Source of the DNA: a candidate division WOR-3 bacterium
Lineage (GTDB): Bacteria; Hydrothermota; Hydrothermia; JBDRYB01
DNA: 64,000 nt
Assembly: GCA_039803205.1 (NCBI GenBank)
Contig: JBDRYB010000004.1
Location: 70,940 to 134,939 of the forward strand
Direction of reading: 5' to 3'
Within the stretch, counting starts at the first letter, position 1. Each line of letters begins with the position of its first letter. Positions 1-9,676 of this stretch are shown in pieces. The translations under genes and the position numbers were made by a program. The notes beneath the pieces are model-generated. The model saw only the letters and a program-made list of their open reading frames with translations, had not been told where the DNA came from and made no database searches.

Positions 1-4
1 TATA

Positions 5-469
5 ATGGATATCTTACGGGAAGATGGCCTTGAGGAATCAACAAAGAAGGCGGAGCTCCTCCTCAGGATAATCTGCTCCCTCATCAGGCTACACGGAAGG
101 GAGATACTCTCCAGGCATCACCTCTCTCCACCTCAGTTTGACATAATGACCACCATTTACTTTGAAGGCGAACTGTCCCAAAACGAGATGCCGAAGAAAC
201 TGCATCTTGCCAAATCCACCATATCCGCCCTGCTGGATAGATTGGAGAAACAGGGTATGATAACTAAGAAAAAAACCCCGGATGACAAGCGCATCTCCAC
301 GGTTAGGCTTACATTCAAAGGGACAAATGTGATAGAGCAGGTAATAGAAAGAAGGAGGGAACTCCTCAGGGAGCTTTATTCTCATCTCTCCGAGCGCCAA
401 AGAGAGGAGTTCAACGAGATAATATCTCGGTTCGCTTACCTTCTGGAGGCAGAGGAGGGAAAGATCTGA
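5..469 (+). CDS. MarR-family transcriptional regulator
   Basis: 154-aa ORF with a winged-helix MarR-like pattern (..LSPPQFDIMTTIYFEGELSQNEMPKKLHLAKSTISALLDRLEKQGMI..). Confidence 0.7.
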   Translation: MDILREDGLEESTKKAELLLRIICSLIRLHGREILSRHHLSPPQFDIMTTIYFEGELSQNEMPKKLHLAKSTISALLDRLEKQGMITKKKTPDDKRISTVRLTFKGTNVIEQVIERRRELLRELYSHLSERQREEFNEIISRFAYLLEAEEGKI

Positions 470-512
470 TTGAGTGGTGGCCGATGGCCGGAAACCCATA
501 TAATTTGTTGTT

Positions 513-1115
513 ATGAGAAAGGTCTGGATCTTAGCTTCAGCAACAGCAACCGGACTACTGCTTGCCTGCAATTTGTGCGGGCTTGGTGAGCTGATTCAAA
601 GGTTCCGCGAGGGCCTGGAAGAGGGCGAGGGCATAACTATTCCTGAGGAAACGCAGGAAGCCGATTTTGAGGGTTTTGGCCTGAGCCTGATCCTACCCGA
701 TGGTTGGGAGACGATAGAATACCAACCATCAGAGGGCCCATCGGAGGTGGAAGTGACCAGAGGCGTATTCGCTCATACCGATGGGCTTGAAGCAACCGTG
801 ACATGCATCATGGATCCGGAGATGTTTTCGGGCAGGACAGCGGATGAGGTCGCGCGCTACATGGTCTACGCGCCGGATGTCGAGCATCCACCAACTACGC
901 ATGAGGGAAGGATAACCATATCCGGCCTCCGCGGCTATGAGGCCACCTATGTGATGGAAGAGGAGGAAACTTTCACCTACCGCTATATCGCGCTGGCCAC
1001 CAAAAAGGACAGCCGCATATTCACCATAGATTTTACCCGGCACGGGAGAAGGGGTTTTACATCCGAGGACAAGAGGGAGATGAAGAGGTTTCTGGATGGT
1101 ATCAAGATAGATTAA
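513..1115 (+). CDS. hypothetical secreted protein / lipoprotein
   Basis: 200-aa ORF; N-terminal signal peptide with a Cys (MRKVWILASATATGLLLACNLCG); no recognisable domain. Confidence 0.55.
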   Translation: MRKVWILASATATGLLLACNLCGLGELIQRFREGLEEGEGITIPEETQEADFEGFGLSLILPDGWETIEYQPSEGPSEVEVTRGVFAHTDGLEATVTCIMDPEMFSGRTADEVARYMVYAPDVEHPPTTHEGRITISGLRGYEATYVMEEEETFTYRYIALATKKDSRIFTIDFTRHGRRGFTSEDKREMKRFLDGIKID

Positions 1116-1180
1116 CGGACGCGCGCATCCCAAAACTCCTTACAAGTAGACTCATCCTTTCAGGATAACTGTAAAGGGTA

Positions 1181-1218
1181 AAAAAGAAGGCCCCCGCCGC
1201 GGGGGCCTTCTTTTCTTC
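1181..1218. terminator. bidirectional rho-independent terminator between convergent genes
   Basis: Stem GAAGGCCCCCG/CGGGGGCCTTC flanked by A-run upstream and TTTTCTTC downstream; lies between convergent ORFs 513..1115 (+) and cspA (-). Confidence 0.6.
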
Positions 1219-1230
1219 GGTGCCAAGGTT

Positions 1231-1446
1231 CTACATACGCCTCACCCTCACAGCCTTTGGCCCTTTGTCGCTCTCTATGACCTCGAAGGAGACATGCTCT
1301 CCCTCCTCTAGGCTCTTATAGCCTTCTGCCTCTATGTCGCTGTAGTGGACGAAAACAGAACCCTGTCCATCGTCCCTGTCTATGAACCCATATCCCTTGC
1401 GTGCATTGAACCAACGCACCGTTCCTTCTATCCTTTCATCTGACAT
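1231..1446 (-). CDS. cspA: cold-shock protein (CspA family)
   Basis: 71 aa; RNP-1-like motif KGYGFI and overall CSD pattern (GTVRWFNARKGYGFIDRDDGQGSVFVHYSDI). Confidence 0.9.
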   Translation of the reverse strand: MSDERIEGTVRWFNARKGYGFIDRDDGQGSVFVHYSDIEAEGYKSLEEGEHVSFEVIESDKGPKAVRVRRM

Positions 1447-1518
1447 CTACAAAAACCTCCAAGAAGTCAACCACACCCAAATTATATACCCTCTGGCATG
1501 GGTATTGCAACCCCGCGC

Positions 1519-1947
1519 GTTCGCTCAAAATAGAATCCTAACCCTGAGCTAGGGGAGGGCAAATATCAGCTGAGCATGCGAATGGCCCCGAGATACAGAA
1601 GGGCCACCAAGAAGGAGAAGTCCAGGATAGGGACGAGTATATGGCCATCACCGTGCTGAAAACCAGGAAATACGCCATAGCAAAGCTGAACAGATACGCT
1701 AGACCCCACCGCCAGAGGTTCAAGATCAAGAAGACCCAGAGAAGGTGTTGGGCATTCACGGAGGATGGGAGGAGCCGGATGAGCTAGTTGAGTATCTGAT
1801 GAACCAGAAGAACGAGTAGAGGTTAACGCACGCGAGGGCATTCCCTCGTGTGCTCTTCAATTTCACAATCTCTCCCTATGTAGAACCCCTCTGAGCTTGA
1901 GCATTATCCTCTGGTAGCTCAGGGTTAGGTCTTAGTTTTGAGCGAAC
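1519..1947 (+). mobile_element. MITE-like small element, copy 1 (decayed), with perfect 12-bp TIRs GTTCGCTCAAAA / TTTTGAGCGAAC
   Basis: Termini 1519-1530 and 1936-1947 are exact reverse complements and extend to about 35-bp imperfect TIRs. The whole unit recurs in inverted orientation at 22254..22664. It abuts the uvrC coding start. Confidence 0.6.
1576..1819 (+). pseudogene. disrupted copy of the element-encoded small basic protein
   Basis: Relative to the intact copy (22382..22606) this copy has a 1-bp deletion (GATAGTGGACGAG -> GATAGGGACGAG) and a 19-bp insertion carrying an in-frame TAG. The ORF is split across frames. Confidence 0.55.
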
Positions 1948-2087
1948 TTGGCTATTTTGCGCCCTGTCAGCCCGATGGTATATAATAGCTTCACCTGAAC
2001 AAGGCTATTCTCCGCGAGCTCGTCCGTTCAGCGCCTTCCGCGCCTGGGGTCTATATCTTCAGGGACAGGAAGGGGGCCTACCTCTAT

Positions 2088-3776
2088 GTGGGCAAAGCGA
2101 GGGATATTTCGGCTCGTCTCTCTTCGTATCTGAGCTCGGATGACCCAAAAACAAGAGCCATGCTCGCGCGAGCGCACAGCCTTGAGTGGTTGGTAACGGG
2201 TTCTGAGGCCGAAGCCCTTTTCACGGAGTCTTCGCTCGTTAGGTTCCAGAAGCCTCCCTTCAACATAAGGCTGGCTGGCGGGGAGTATTATCCATACATA
2301 AAGATAACCGTTAAGGAGCCGTGGCCTCGGATATTTCCAACGAGGAAGCTCGTGGAGGATGGCTCGTTGTATTTTGGGCCTTATCCGGACGCGGCCGCGG
2401 CCCGCAGGACGATCCAGGCAATAAGGAGCCTTTTCCCAATAAGGCCATGCAATTATTCCCTCCCATCGGGGAAGGTGAAGCTTTGCATCTATTATCACAT
2501 GGGAAGATGCCCGGGCCCGTGCGAGCTAGAGGTTGATCCGGCTCTCTATGCCAGCTACATAAAAGGAGCAGTTGATCTGCTTTCAGGGAGGGGCTCTGAT
2601 GCTGAGCGAGAGATTGAATCCGCTATGACAAAAGCGGCCGAGGAGCTCAGGTTTGAGACGGCCGCGGCCCTGAGGGACAGGCTTCTCGCCCTCCGAAAGA
2701 CGTTGGCTGCTCCAGCGGGTTTCGGGGAGGGGGGCGAGTCAAGGGACATCATCGTCCTCAGCTCAGCCGGGAACATCGCGGCAGTGGTGCTCTATGCTCT
2801 GAGAGAGGGCAGGCCAGGGGTTGAGGAGAGGTTTCTCATGGAGAGCCCCCGCGATACGGAACCCCCTGAGATAATCTCCGCTTTTCTGAAGGACTACTAC
2901 ACATCGAGGCCCATAAACTCCGAAAGGCTCGTTTGCGTTCCCTTGCCGGATGAGCTTCCGCTCCTAGAGGAGGTCTTCTCTGAGAGGGCAGGCCGAAGGA
3001 TAAGGATAACAAAGCCGGGGAGGAACGACAGGAGCTTCGTTGAGATAGCGGCCGCAGCGGCTGAGGAGCATCTGATGAGGGCTTTGGAGAAAGCGAGAAA
3101 GCCCGTGCACCAAGGGCTCAGGGAGCTCGCTGAGATCTTTGGGGCTGATAACCTGGAGCGGATAGAGTGCTTTGACATATCGCACACATCGGGGAAAGAA
3201 ACAGTGGCCTCATGCGTTGTCTTTTTGGGAGCAAGGCCAGCAAAGAGCCTTTACCGAAGGTTCAAGATAAGGACAGCCAGACCCTCTGACGATTACGGTG
3301 CCATGAAAGAGGTGATATACAGGAGGCTGAGGAGGCTCATTGATGAAAGGCAGGAGCTCCCCGATGCCATACTCATAGACGGGGGGCCGGGCCAGCTCAG
3401 CGCAGGGCTTGCGGCTATGGAAGAGCTTGGGCTGAGCATCCCAGCGGCCGCTCTCGCGAAGAGATACGAAGAGCTGTATCTACCAGATGGCGGCCAAATA
3501 ATCCTTCCCGGGAGGTCAAAGGCCCTTATCCTTCTCAAGAGGATAAGGGATGAGGCGCACCGTTTCGCGGTCAGCTATCACAGGACCCTCCGTGGGAGGA
3601 GGGGAATGGGTTCGGTCCTGGATGGCCTTGAGGGCATAGGCCCGGAAAGAAAGAAAGCGCTCATGCGGTATTTTGGTTCGCTTGATAGGCTCCGGGGAGC
3701 GTCCCTTGAGGAGATCGAGAGGGTTCCGGGCATAGGGAAGAAGCTGGCGAGGGAGATATACGAGTTCCTCAGGTGA
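2088..3776 (+). CDS. uvrC: excinuclease ABC subunit C
   Basis: GIY-YIG motif (GAYLYVGKARDISARL), UvrBC-interaction and RNaseH-like/(HhH)2 C-terminal region. The first ATG/GTG/TTG is GTG at 2088. The conserved PGVYIFRD motif is encoded upstream (1995-2087) with no canonical start codon after the stop at 1986. Confidence 0.85.
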   Translation: MGKARDISARLSSYLSSDDPKTRAMLARAHSLEWLVTGSEAEALFTESSLVRFQKPPFNIRLAGGEYYPYIKITVKEPWPRIFPTRKLVEDGSLYFGPYPDAAAARRTIQAIRSLFPIRPCNYSLPSGKVKLCIYYHMGRCPGPCELEVDPALYASYIKGAVDLLSGRGSDAEREIESAMTKAAEELRFETAAALRDRLLALRKTLAAPAGFGEGGESRDIIVLSSAGNIAAVVLYALREGRPGVEERFLMESPRDTEPPEIISAFLKDYYTSRPINSERLVCVPLPDELPLLEEVFSERAGRRIRITKPGRNDRSFVEIAAAAAEEHLMRALEKARKPVHQGLRELAEIFGADNLERIECFDISHTSGKETVASCVVFLGARPAKSLYRRFKIRTARPSDDYGAMKEVIYRRLRRLIDERQELPDAILIDGGPGQLSAGLAAMEELGLSIPAAALAKRYEELYLPDGGQIILPGRSKALILLKRIRDEAHRFAVSYHRTLRGRRGMGSVLDGLEGIGPERKKALMRYFGSLDRLRGASLEEIERVPGIGKKLAREIYEFLR

Positions 3777-3779
3777 ACC

Positions 3780-4247
3780 CTATTCCTCCCAGGTGGTTAT
3801 GGAGTGATAGAATATCTGGTCGTTGTCGTCCAGGCCTCGCTCTATTTCGGTGATGTGGGATGTGGTTGCACCAAAGGCTGAGAGGACATACTTCACGGCC
3901 TCCATGGGTTTCGTGTGATTCCCGCATGTGTATATGTCAAGTGCCGCATAACGAACCTCAGGCCAGGTGTGAACGGAGAGGTGGGATTCGGATATGACCA
4001 CAACGCCCGATACCCCATTCGGAGGGAACCTGTGGACGGATACCGCCCAAACCTGAGCGCCTGCCTTGTTAGCGGCCTCAAGAAGTATGCCCTGGACCTG
4101 ATCAACCGAGCCAATAACCTCAGGGGAGCATCCGGAGCACTCCACCACATACTGTATACCAAGGGTGCCGTGTGGCCTTGACTCAGCAAATTGGCCCCTT
4201 TCAGGCTTATGACTGGGCTTCTTTGCCAATTTCTCCTCCCTCCTCAA
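3780..4247 (-). CDS. speH: S-adenosylmethionine decarboxylase proenzyme (SpeH type)
   Basis: Signature ..VVISESHLSVHTWPE.. (self-cleaving Glu-Ser) and ..DIYTCG... Start uncertain (TTG at 4247 overlaps the upstream gene by 41 nt). Confidence 0.75.
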   Translation of the reverse strand: MRREEKLAKKPSHKPERGQFAESRPHGTLGIQYVVECSGCSPEVIGSVDQVQGILLEAANKAGAQVWAVSVHRFPPNGVSGVVVISESHLSVHTWPEVRYAALDIYTCGNHTKPMEAVKYVLSAFGATTSHITEIERGLDDNDQIFYHSITTWEE

Positions 4248-4770
4248 TTGCCTTCTTGTGAGAAACCACGCTTCCCTTCTTTGAGACCTTGAGCAGTTTC
4301 ACCGGGATTGCCTTACCCAGTATCCCGCGCGCCTCGCTCTCGGTTATGCTCGTGTGAGATGAGGGCAAAAAGGCCTTTATGCCCATTATATCAACGAGAA
4401 AGCCACCCCTCACGATGCTTCTCAGGGTAGCTTTTACCACACTGCCCTTGGCATGGGCTTCCCTGAGCGCTGAGAGGACTCTTTCAACCTCTCCTTTATC
4501 CCTTATGGGTTTCAGCTTTATCTCCTTGCTCACATAATCAGCAACGGTTATCCTGGCCTCTGTCTCGTGCCCTTCGGGTAGCTCGCGATCGTAGCAGTGT
4601 AGGAATCCAACAAGACCCCAAGGCAGTTCAACCATGTATCCACCCCTGACAGGCTTCATCACTTGAACCTTGATTACCTTGCCCTGGTCCTTAGCCGCGA
4701 AAACCTCTCCCCATAACTGGGCTCTTCTCATTATGGACTCAGGGGAACGATTATCCGGTTTTGTAGCCAT
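4207..4770 (-). CDS. S1 RNA-binding domain protein
   Basis: Two S1-like beta-barrel segments (GKVIKVQVMKPVRGGYMVEL.., GSVVKATLRSIVRGGFLVDIMGIKAFLP). ATG at 4770 overlaps the nuoF stop (TGATG). Confidence 0.6.
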   Translation of the reverse strand: MATKPDNRSPESIMRRAQLWGEVFAAKDQGKVIKVQVMKPVRGGYMVELPWGLVGFLHCYDRELPEGHETEARITVADYVSKEIKLKPIRDKGEVERVLSALREAHAKGSVVKATLRSIVRGGFLVDIMGIKAFLPSSHTSITESEARGILGKAIPVKLLKVSKKGSVVSHKKAIEEGGEIGKEAQS

Positions 4771-5993
4771 CAGAGTTCCTCCTCGTATTTGTTTATGAAG
4801 GCTCCCGCAACCGCAACCGCTCCCTCCCCAAGTGGGCAAAAGCACTTGCCCCTCATTCCTTCAATAACATGCCTTATCCTGTCCGGATTTCCGTTCTTGT
4901 GTCCCAGCTCTATCTCCCTGAAAAGCCTGGCGAGCCAGGTTGAACCTTCCCTACAAGGGGTGCACTTCCCGCAGGACTCGTGGGCGAGAAACTCAAGAGA
5001 CCTCCTGGCAACTGAGGCCAGAGGAACGGCGTCGTTAACCACTATTACGGCTCCTGAACCGAGCAGGGAGCCTGCTCGTTGGATATCCTCATAGGTGAGC
5101 CTCACATCCAGCTCCTCAGGCCTAAGGATGGGGGTTGAAAGCCCTCCCGGTATCACCCCTACCAGCTTCCCCTTCACCCCTCCAGCGTATTCATCAATGA
5201 GCTCGCGCAGGGTCAGGTCCCCGAACCTGAACTCGTAGACCCCCGGCCTCCTCACGCCGCCAGAGACAGTGAATATCTTGGTTCCAGTGCTGTCCTTTGT
5301 GCCCATGGCCCTATACCATTCCGGACCATTCTTGATTATAAACGGCACATTTGAAAGGGTTTCAACATTGTTGACGACGGTTGGCATGCCGTAGACCCCA
5401 TATGAGACCGGATAGGGTGGCCTGAGCCGTGGATGGCCCCTCTTGCCTTCAAGGGATTCTATCAGAGCGGTCTCCTCGCCGCAGATGTAGGCTCCGCCAC
5501 CTCCGTAGACCTTAACCCTGAACGAGAAACCGGTTCCCATGATGTTCTCACCGAGAAACCCCTCCTTCTCGGCCTCGGCTATTGCCGCTCTCAGAATCCC
5601 CTGCGCCTTCGGATACTCTGCCCTGACATATATGAAGCCTTGGTGAGCCTCTATGGCCCTGGCCGCTATGAGCATCCCCTCCAGGAGGAGGTGCGGATAC
5701 TTCTCCACTATCTCCCTGTCCTTGAATGTGCCAGGCTCGCCCTCGTCGCAGTTCGCGATAACAAAGCGCGGCCTCGGATCATCCTTCGGAACGAAGTCCC
5801 ACTTGAGTCCGGTCGGAAAGGCCGCTCCTCCTCTTCCTCTGAGGCCGGAGGCCTTGACCGCGTCAATTATCTCCTGGGGTTTCATGGAGAGAGCCTTCCT
5901 CGCGGCCTCGTATCCGCCGTGTTTGAGGTAGAAAGAGAGGCTTTCCGAGCCATCTGCTCCAGCGTGCTCAAGTATTATTCTGGTCTCAGGCAT
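4770..5993 (-). CDS. nuoF: NADH-quinone oxidoreductase subunit F (51 kDa)
   Basis: NADH/FMN-binding region (GRGGAAFPTGLKW), 4Fe-4S motif (ESCGKCTPCREG). Confidence 0.9.
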   Translation of the reverse strand: MPETRIILEHAGADGSESLSFYLKHGGYEAARKALSMKPQEIIDAVKASGLRGRGGAAFPTGLKWDFVPKDDPRPRFVIANCDEGEPGTFKDREIVEKYPHLLLEGMLIAARAIEAHQGFIYVRAEYPKAQGILRAAIAEAEKEGFLGENIMGTGFSFRVKVYGGGGAYICGEETALIESLEGKRGHPRLRPPYPVSYGVYGMPTVVNNVETLSNVPFIIKNGPEWYRAMGTKDSTGTKIFTVSGGVRRPGVYEFRFGDLTLRELIDEYAGGVKGKLVGVIPGGLSTPILRPEELDVRLTYEDIQRAGSLLGSGAVIVVNDAVPLASVARRSLEFLAHESCGKCTPCREGSTWLARLFREIELGHKNGNPDRIRHVIEGMRGKCFCPLGEGAVAVAGAFINKYEEEL

Positions 5994-6468
5994 TCCCGAC
6001 CTCCCTTCTCAACCCATCAAGCAGGTTTTTCAGCTTATCCCTCGTATCAAGGGGCCCTATTCTCTCGCCGTTGAGGAGGACGGCTGGGGCAAGGTCGCAC
6101 GAGCCGATGCACTCAGCCTCCTCGTAGGAGAAAAGCCCATCCGGCGTCGTCTGGCCGGGTTCAACCCCGAGGAGCTCCTTCATCCATCCGAAGAGGTCAT
6201 AAGCGCCGCAGATCATGCAGGAAAGGTTCGTGCAAACGAGGAAGTGGAACCTCCCGACGCTCTCGCGCTTTATGAGGTGATAAAAGGATGCCACAGCCTC
6301 AACATGCTCGGGCTTCGTGCCGAGCTCATCCGCTATGACGACCGCCACATCCCTGCTGAGGGCTCCGAAACGGGACACCGCCTCATGTATTGAGGGGATT
6401 AGAGCACTGTCGCCCATGGGGAACTCGGCCTTTAGCTCCCGTATCCTTTCTCTGAACCCGTTCATCAT
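5986..6468 (-). CDS. nuoE: NADH-quinone oxidoreductase subunit E (24 kDa, 2Fe-2S)
   Basis: Thioredoxin-like 2Fe-2S ferredoxin pattern (CTNLSCMICG ... CIGSCDLAP). Confidence 0.85.
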   Translation of the reverse strand: MMNGFRERIRELKAEFPMGDSALIPSIHEAVSRFGALSRDVAVVIADELGTKPEHVEAVASFYHLIKRESVGRFHFLVCTNLSCMICGAYDLFGWMKELLGVEPGQTTPDGLFSYEEAECIGSCDLAPAVLLNGERIGPLDTRDKLKNLLDGLRREVGNA

Positions 6469-7673
6469 CTGTCCACCTCCCCGAGGACCACATCAAGGGT
6501 CCCTATTAGCGTTATCACATCAGCAATAAGCCCCCCAACAGCCATCTTCTCAAGGGTTTGTAGGTTTATGAAAGTTGATGCCCTTATGTGCATTCTGTAA
6601 GGCCTCTGAGACCCATCTGATACGATATAGAACCCTAGCTCGCCCTTTGGCGCTTCTATTGAGACATACACCTCTCCCTCCGGGACCGAAAACCCCTCTG
6701 AGACTATCTTGAAGTGGTGGATGAGGTTCTCTATGGAGTCGTAGACCCTATCCTTCGGGGGCGGAATAACCTTTGCCTCGTCCGCGATAACAGGCCCCTT
6801 TGGCAGTTGGGCCAAACATTGCTCGGCCATCTTGGCCGATTCCTCCATTTCCTCCATGCGGACTAAATACCGGGCATAGCTATCCCCTTCGGTATAAACA
6901 GGAACCCGGAAATTCAGCCTGTCGTAAACCAGATACGGCTCATCCCTGCGCATGTCGTGGTCAAGCCCAGAACCCCTTGCGACCGGGCCGGTTGCTGAGA
7001 GAGCCAGAACATCATCCCTCGTTAGGATGCCAACCCCTTGGGTCCTCTTCTTCCAAATGATGTTGTCCGTGAGCATGGTGTGCAGCTCTTGGAGGGCCTT
7101 TGTCCGGAAGTTAGCGAGGAAATCCGTGAGGCCCACGATGAACTCGTGGTTCAGGTCAGCCGCGACGCCGCCTATCCTCATGAAAGTGTTGTTCATGCGT
7201 TGGCCAGTGAGTATTTCAAGAAGATCGTATATCTTCTCGCGCTCGCGGAAGGCATAGAACCAAGCAGTCCAGGCTCCTAGGTCCATGCCGTGTGAGGCAT
7301 ACCAGACGAGGTGGCTCTCTATCCTCGTTAGTTCTGCCAGAAGGGTTCGTATATATTTGGCCCTCTCGGGAACCTCAAGACCGAGGAGCTTCTCAACCGC
7401 CATCACATAAGCTAGGTTGTTGGTTAGCGGAGCGAGGTAGTCAAGGCGGTCCGTGTATGGGATTACCTGGTGATATGTCTTTTGTTCGGCTATCTTCTCG
7501 GTCCCCCTGTGGAGGTAGCCTGGGGTTATCCTGGCCTTCACGACGGTTTCGCCATCAAGCCAGAGCTTTATGCGCAGGACCCCGTGGGTTGCTGGGTGCT
7601 GGGGCCCCATGTTGAGCTCTATGACATCCGTTTCAACCCCAGCTGAATCCCTAAAAAGGATCTCTTTTTCCAT
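6465..7673 (-). CDS. nuoD: NADH-quinone oxidoreductase subunit D (49 kDa)
   Basis: 402 aa; MGPQHPATHGVLR motif typical of NuoD / NiFe-hydrogenase large-subunit-like. Confidence 0.9.
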   Translation of the reverse strand: MEKEILFRDSAGVETDVIELNMGPQHPATHGVLRIKLWLDGETVVKARITPGYLHRGTEKIAEQKTYHQVIPYTDRLDYLAPLTNNLAYVMAVEKLLGLEVPERAKYIRTLLAELTRIESHLVWYASHGMDLGAWTAWFYAFREREKIYDLLEILTGQRMNNTFMRIGGVAADLNHEFIVGLTDFLANFRTKALQELHTMLTDNIIWKKRTQGVGILTRDDVLALSATGPVARGSGLDHDMRRDEPYLVYDRLNFRVPVYTEGDSYARYLVRMEEMEESAKMAEQCLAQLPKGPVIADEAKVIPPPKDRVYDSIENLIHHFKIVSEGFSVPEGEVYVSIEAPKGELGFYIVSDGSQRPYRMHIRASTFINLQTLEKMAVGGLIADVITLIGTLDVVLGEVDR

Positions 7674-7679
7674 ATCAAC

Positions 7680-8141
7680 CTACCTGTTATCCGGCAGGGG
7701 AACATCCTCCCGCCAGTTGAAGTCCTTTCTCAGCGGCCAACCCGGAAACCCATCCCAAAGCAGGATGTGCGTGAGCTCAGGGTTTCCCTTGAACTCTATT
7801 CCGAACATCTCCCAGGTCTCGCGCTCCATGAAGCCAGCGCCTAGCCATATATCAACCACGCTATTGACCGATCCTTCGCACGGACATTTGACCCTGAGAC
7901 GCAGGTTTCTTGAGTATGAGTGAAGGTGATAGACCACCTCAAAGCGCGGCTCACGCCTTCCGAGCCAATCAACGGCGGTCAGATCTGTTAGCATCTCAAA
8001 GCCGCCGGAATCCCTGAGATAGAGCATGAGATCGTGAAGGGCCTCTGGTTTGACTATCAATGTAGTCTCACCGAGCCTCGTGTAGGAATCCAAAACCGCA
8101 TGACCAAACCTTTCCCTTATGGCGTTTATGAGCTCATCCAT
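7680..8141 (-). CDS. nuoC: NADH-quinone oxidoreductase subunit C (30 kDa)
   Basis: 153 aa; NuoC-like sequence (..VVYHLHSYSRNLRLRVKC..ERETWEMFGIEF..GNP). Confidence 0.8.
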   Translation of the reverse strand: MDELINAIRERFGHAVLDSYTRLGETTLIVKPEALHDLMLYLRDSGGFEMLTDLTAVDWLGRREPRFEVVYHLHSYSRNLRLRVKCPCEGSVNSVVDIWLGAGFMERETWEMFGIEFKGNPELTHILLWDGFPGWPLRKDFNWREDVPLPDNR

Positions 8142-8192
8142 TTTGACCTCCGTTCCCAGGCCACAGGGATAGGGAGTTCTTTATGATGAGTG

Positions 8193-8786
8193 CTATTTTA
8201 TCCACGGATAAAGCCTCCCTTTCTCCTTGCGTATCTTCGCGGCAAGCTTGAGAAACCCGTAGAGAAGGGATTCCGGCCTCGGGGGACAGCCTGGGACATA
8301 TACATCTATGGGGATTATCCAATCGGCTCCCTGGACAACAGCGAAGGAGTTATACATTCCTCCAGTTGAAGCGCATGCGCCCATGGCTATTGCCCATTTT
8401 GGCTGTGCCATTTGTTCCCAGAGCTGTCGGACAACGGGTGCCATCTTCTTGGTCAGGGTTCCAGCTATGACGATGAGATCTGATTGGCGAGGGGATGGCC
8501 TGAATACCTCGTATCCGAAACGGGCCATGTCAAACCTCGGGCCCCCTGTTGCCATCTGTTCAATAGCGCAACAAGCGAGGCCGAATGTCAGGGGGAACAA
8601 GGAATTTCCCCTTGCCCAGTTGACTATCCACTGGCTCATGCTTTCCACGGTAGTGAAAAGGACTCGCTGTGCCAGCGTTCGTCTTATCGCCTCTTCCTCC
8701 TGGGGGCTCAGCCTGAGCCTTATCTCATCTAGCTCCAGGAGAAACCTCTCTCTGGCTTCCGTCGTAGGTCTTTCGCCTATTTCCAT
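8193..8786 (-). CDS. nuoB: NADH-quinone oxidoreductase subunit B (20 kDa, PSST)
   Basis: [26 protein letters not shown] cluster N2 motifs. ATG at 8786 has a strong SD (GGGGGAGGAG). This gives a 49-aa charged N-terminal extension before the canonical start (MSQW.., 8639). Confidence 0.8.
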   Translation of the reverse strand: MEIGERPTTEARERFLLELDEIRLRLSPQEEEAIRRTLAQRVLFTTVESMSQWIVNWARGNSLFPLTFGLACCAIEQMATGGPRFDMARFGYEVFRPSPRQSDLIVIAGTLTKKMAPVVRQLWEQMAQPKWAIAMGACASTGGMYNSFAVVQGADWIIPIDVYVPGCPPRPESLLYGFLKLAAKIRKEKGRLYPWIK

Positions 8787-9130
8787 TCGAGTCCTCTCCT
8801 CCCCCACGCGTATATATATCCGAATACCAATATGCCCATGAAAACGAACGCTTCAATCAGGCCAAAAATCCCAAGTTTCTCGGCCTGCACAGCCCAAGGG
8901 AACAGGAGAACCGTCTCAACATCAAAAGCCAGAAAGAGAAGCGCCACGACGAAGAACCGGACAGAGAACCTTATCCTAGGCGTTCCTACTGGCTTTATCC
9001 CGCACTCATAGGGTTCGTTCTTCTTCTCCTCTCGGATGGAGGGCCCGAGGAACATTGAAGCGATAACGCCCCCGAACCCTATGACCATTCCGAGTATGAG
9101 CATTATCAAAAGGGGTATCTTTGGATCCAT
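8777..9130 (-). CDS. nuoA: NADH-quinone oxidoreductase subunit A
   Basis: 117 aa, 3 TM; ..[29 protein letters not shown].. typical NuoA/ND3. Confidence 0.85.
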   Translation of the reverse strand: MDPKIPLLIMLILGMVIGFGGVIASMFLGPSIREEKKNEPYECGIKPVGTPRIRFSVRFFVVALLFLAFDVETVLLFPWAVQAEKLGIFGLIEAFVFMGILVFGYIYAWGRRGLEWK

Positions 9131-9676
9131 TTATGTTCCTCCAAAATCCTCCCACCTCAGGATATACCAGAAACCCGTTTCCGGGTCCCTTTTCATGAAG
9201 AACCTGGCCCTTCCCTTTGCCACAGAAGCACCTCCCTCTGGTGGAGGCTCTATGACCAGGTAATACTCGCATATCCAGCACGAAGAGGAATCGTTCCCTT
9301 CTATCCTCCGGAGCTGGCTCAGGGTGAGATCAAGGCTCCCGCCCTCGCTCCCCTTTATGTAGTTAAACAGGGCCTCGGCGGAAAGCCGCTCCTCTGTCCT
9401 CCCCCAGACCAGGCTATCCAAGCCCCAATTCTCCTTTAACAATTCCCTTATGCCCTCCTCGCCGGGGTCAAAGTAGAACTTGAATGAGTCATCAAAACAA
9501 GCCATATAGCCCTCAAGATCCAGAGAAACATATGAGGTCTGGAGGTTCTGAAACACCACGGAGTCGCTGAGGGGAAGCGGATAGCCCGTTCCAGGCTCGG
9601 TATGTGGATTAAACGGATTCCAGCATCCTGCAGTGATGAGGGATGTGAATCCCAGGATTCGCCGGGGGCTAGGCAT
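9131..9676 (-). CDS. hypothetical lipoprotein
   Basis: 181 aa; signal/lipobox-like (LITAGCWNPF); no known domain. Confidence 0.5.
   Translation of the reverse strand: MPSPRRILGFTSLITAGCWNPFNPHTEPGTGYPLPLSDSVVFQNLQTSYVSLDLEGYMACFDDSFKFYFDPGEEGIRELLKENWGLDSLVWGRTEERLSAEALFNYIKGSEGGSLDLTLSQLRRIEGNDSSSCWICEYYLVIEPPPEGGASVAKGRARFFMKRDPETGFWYILRWEDFGGT

Noticed and set aside
1521-1550. tRNA-like string TAGCTCAGGGTTAGG in the element termini
   Set aside because: It is part of the terminal inverted repeat and present at both ends in opposite orientation. No cloverleaf or acceptor stem can be built.
1538-1759. Hydrophobic antisense ORFs inside both MITE-like copies (1538..1759 and 22335..22616), a possible small membrane toxin
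   Set aside because: They are the mirror image of the Arg/Lys-rich sense ORF. Their third codon positions are AT-rich, against the genome's GC-rich bias, whereas the basic ORF fits the bias. Most likely a shadow ORF.
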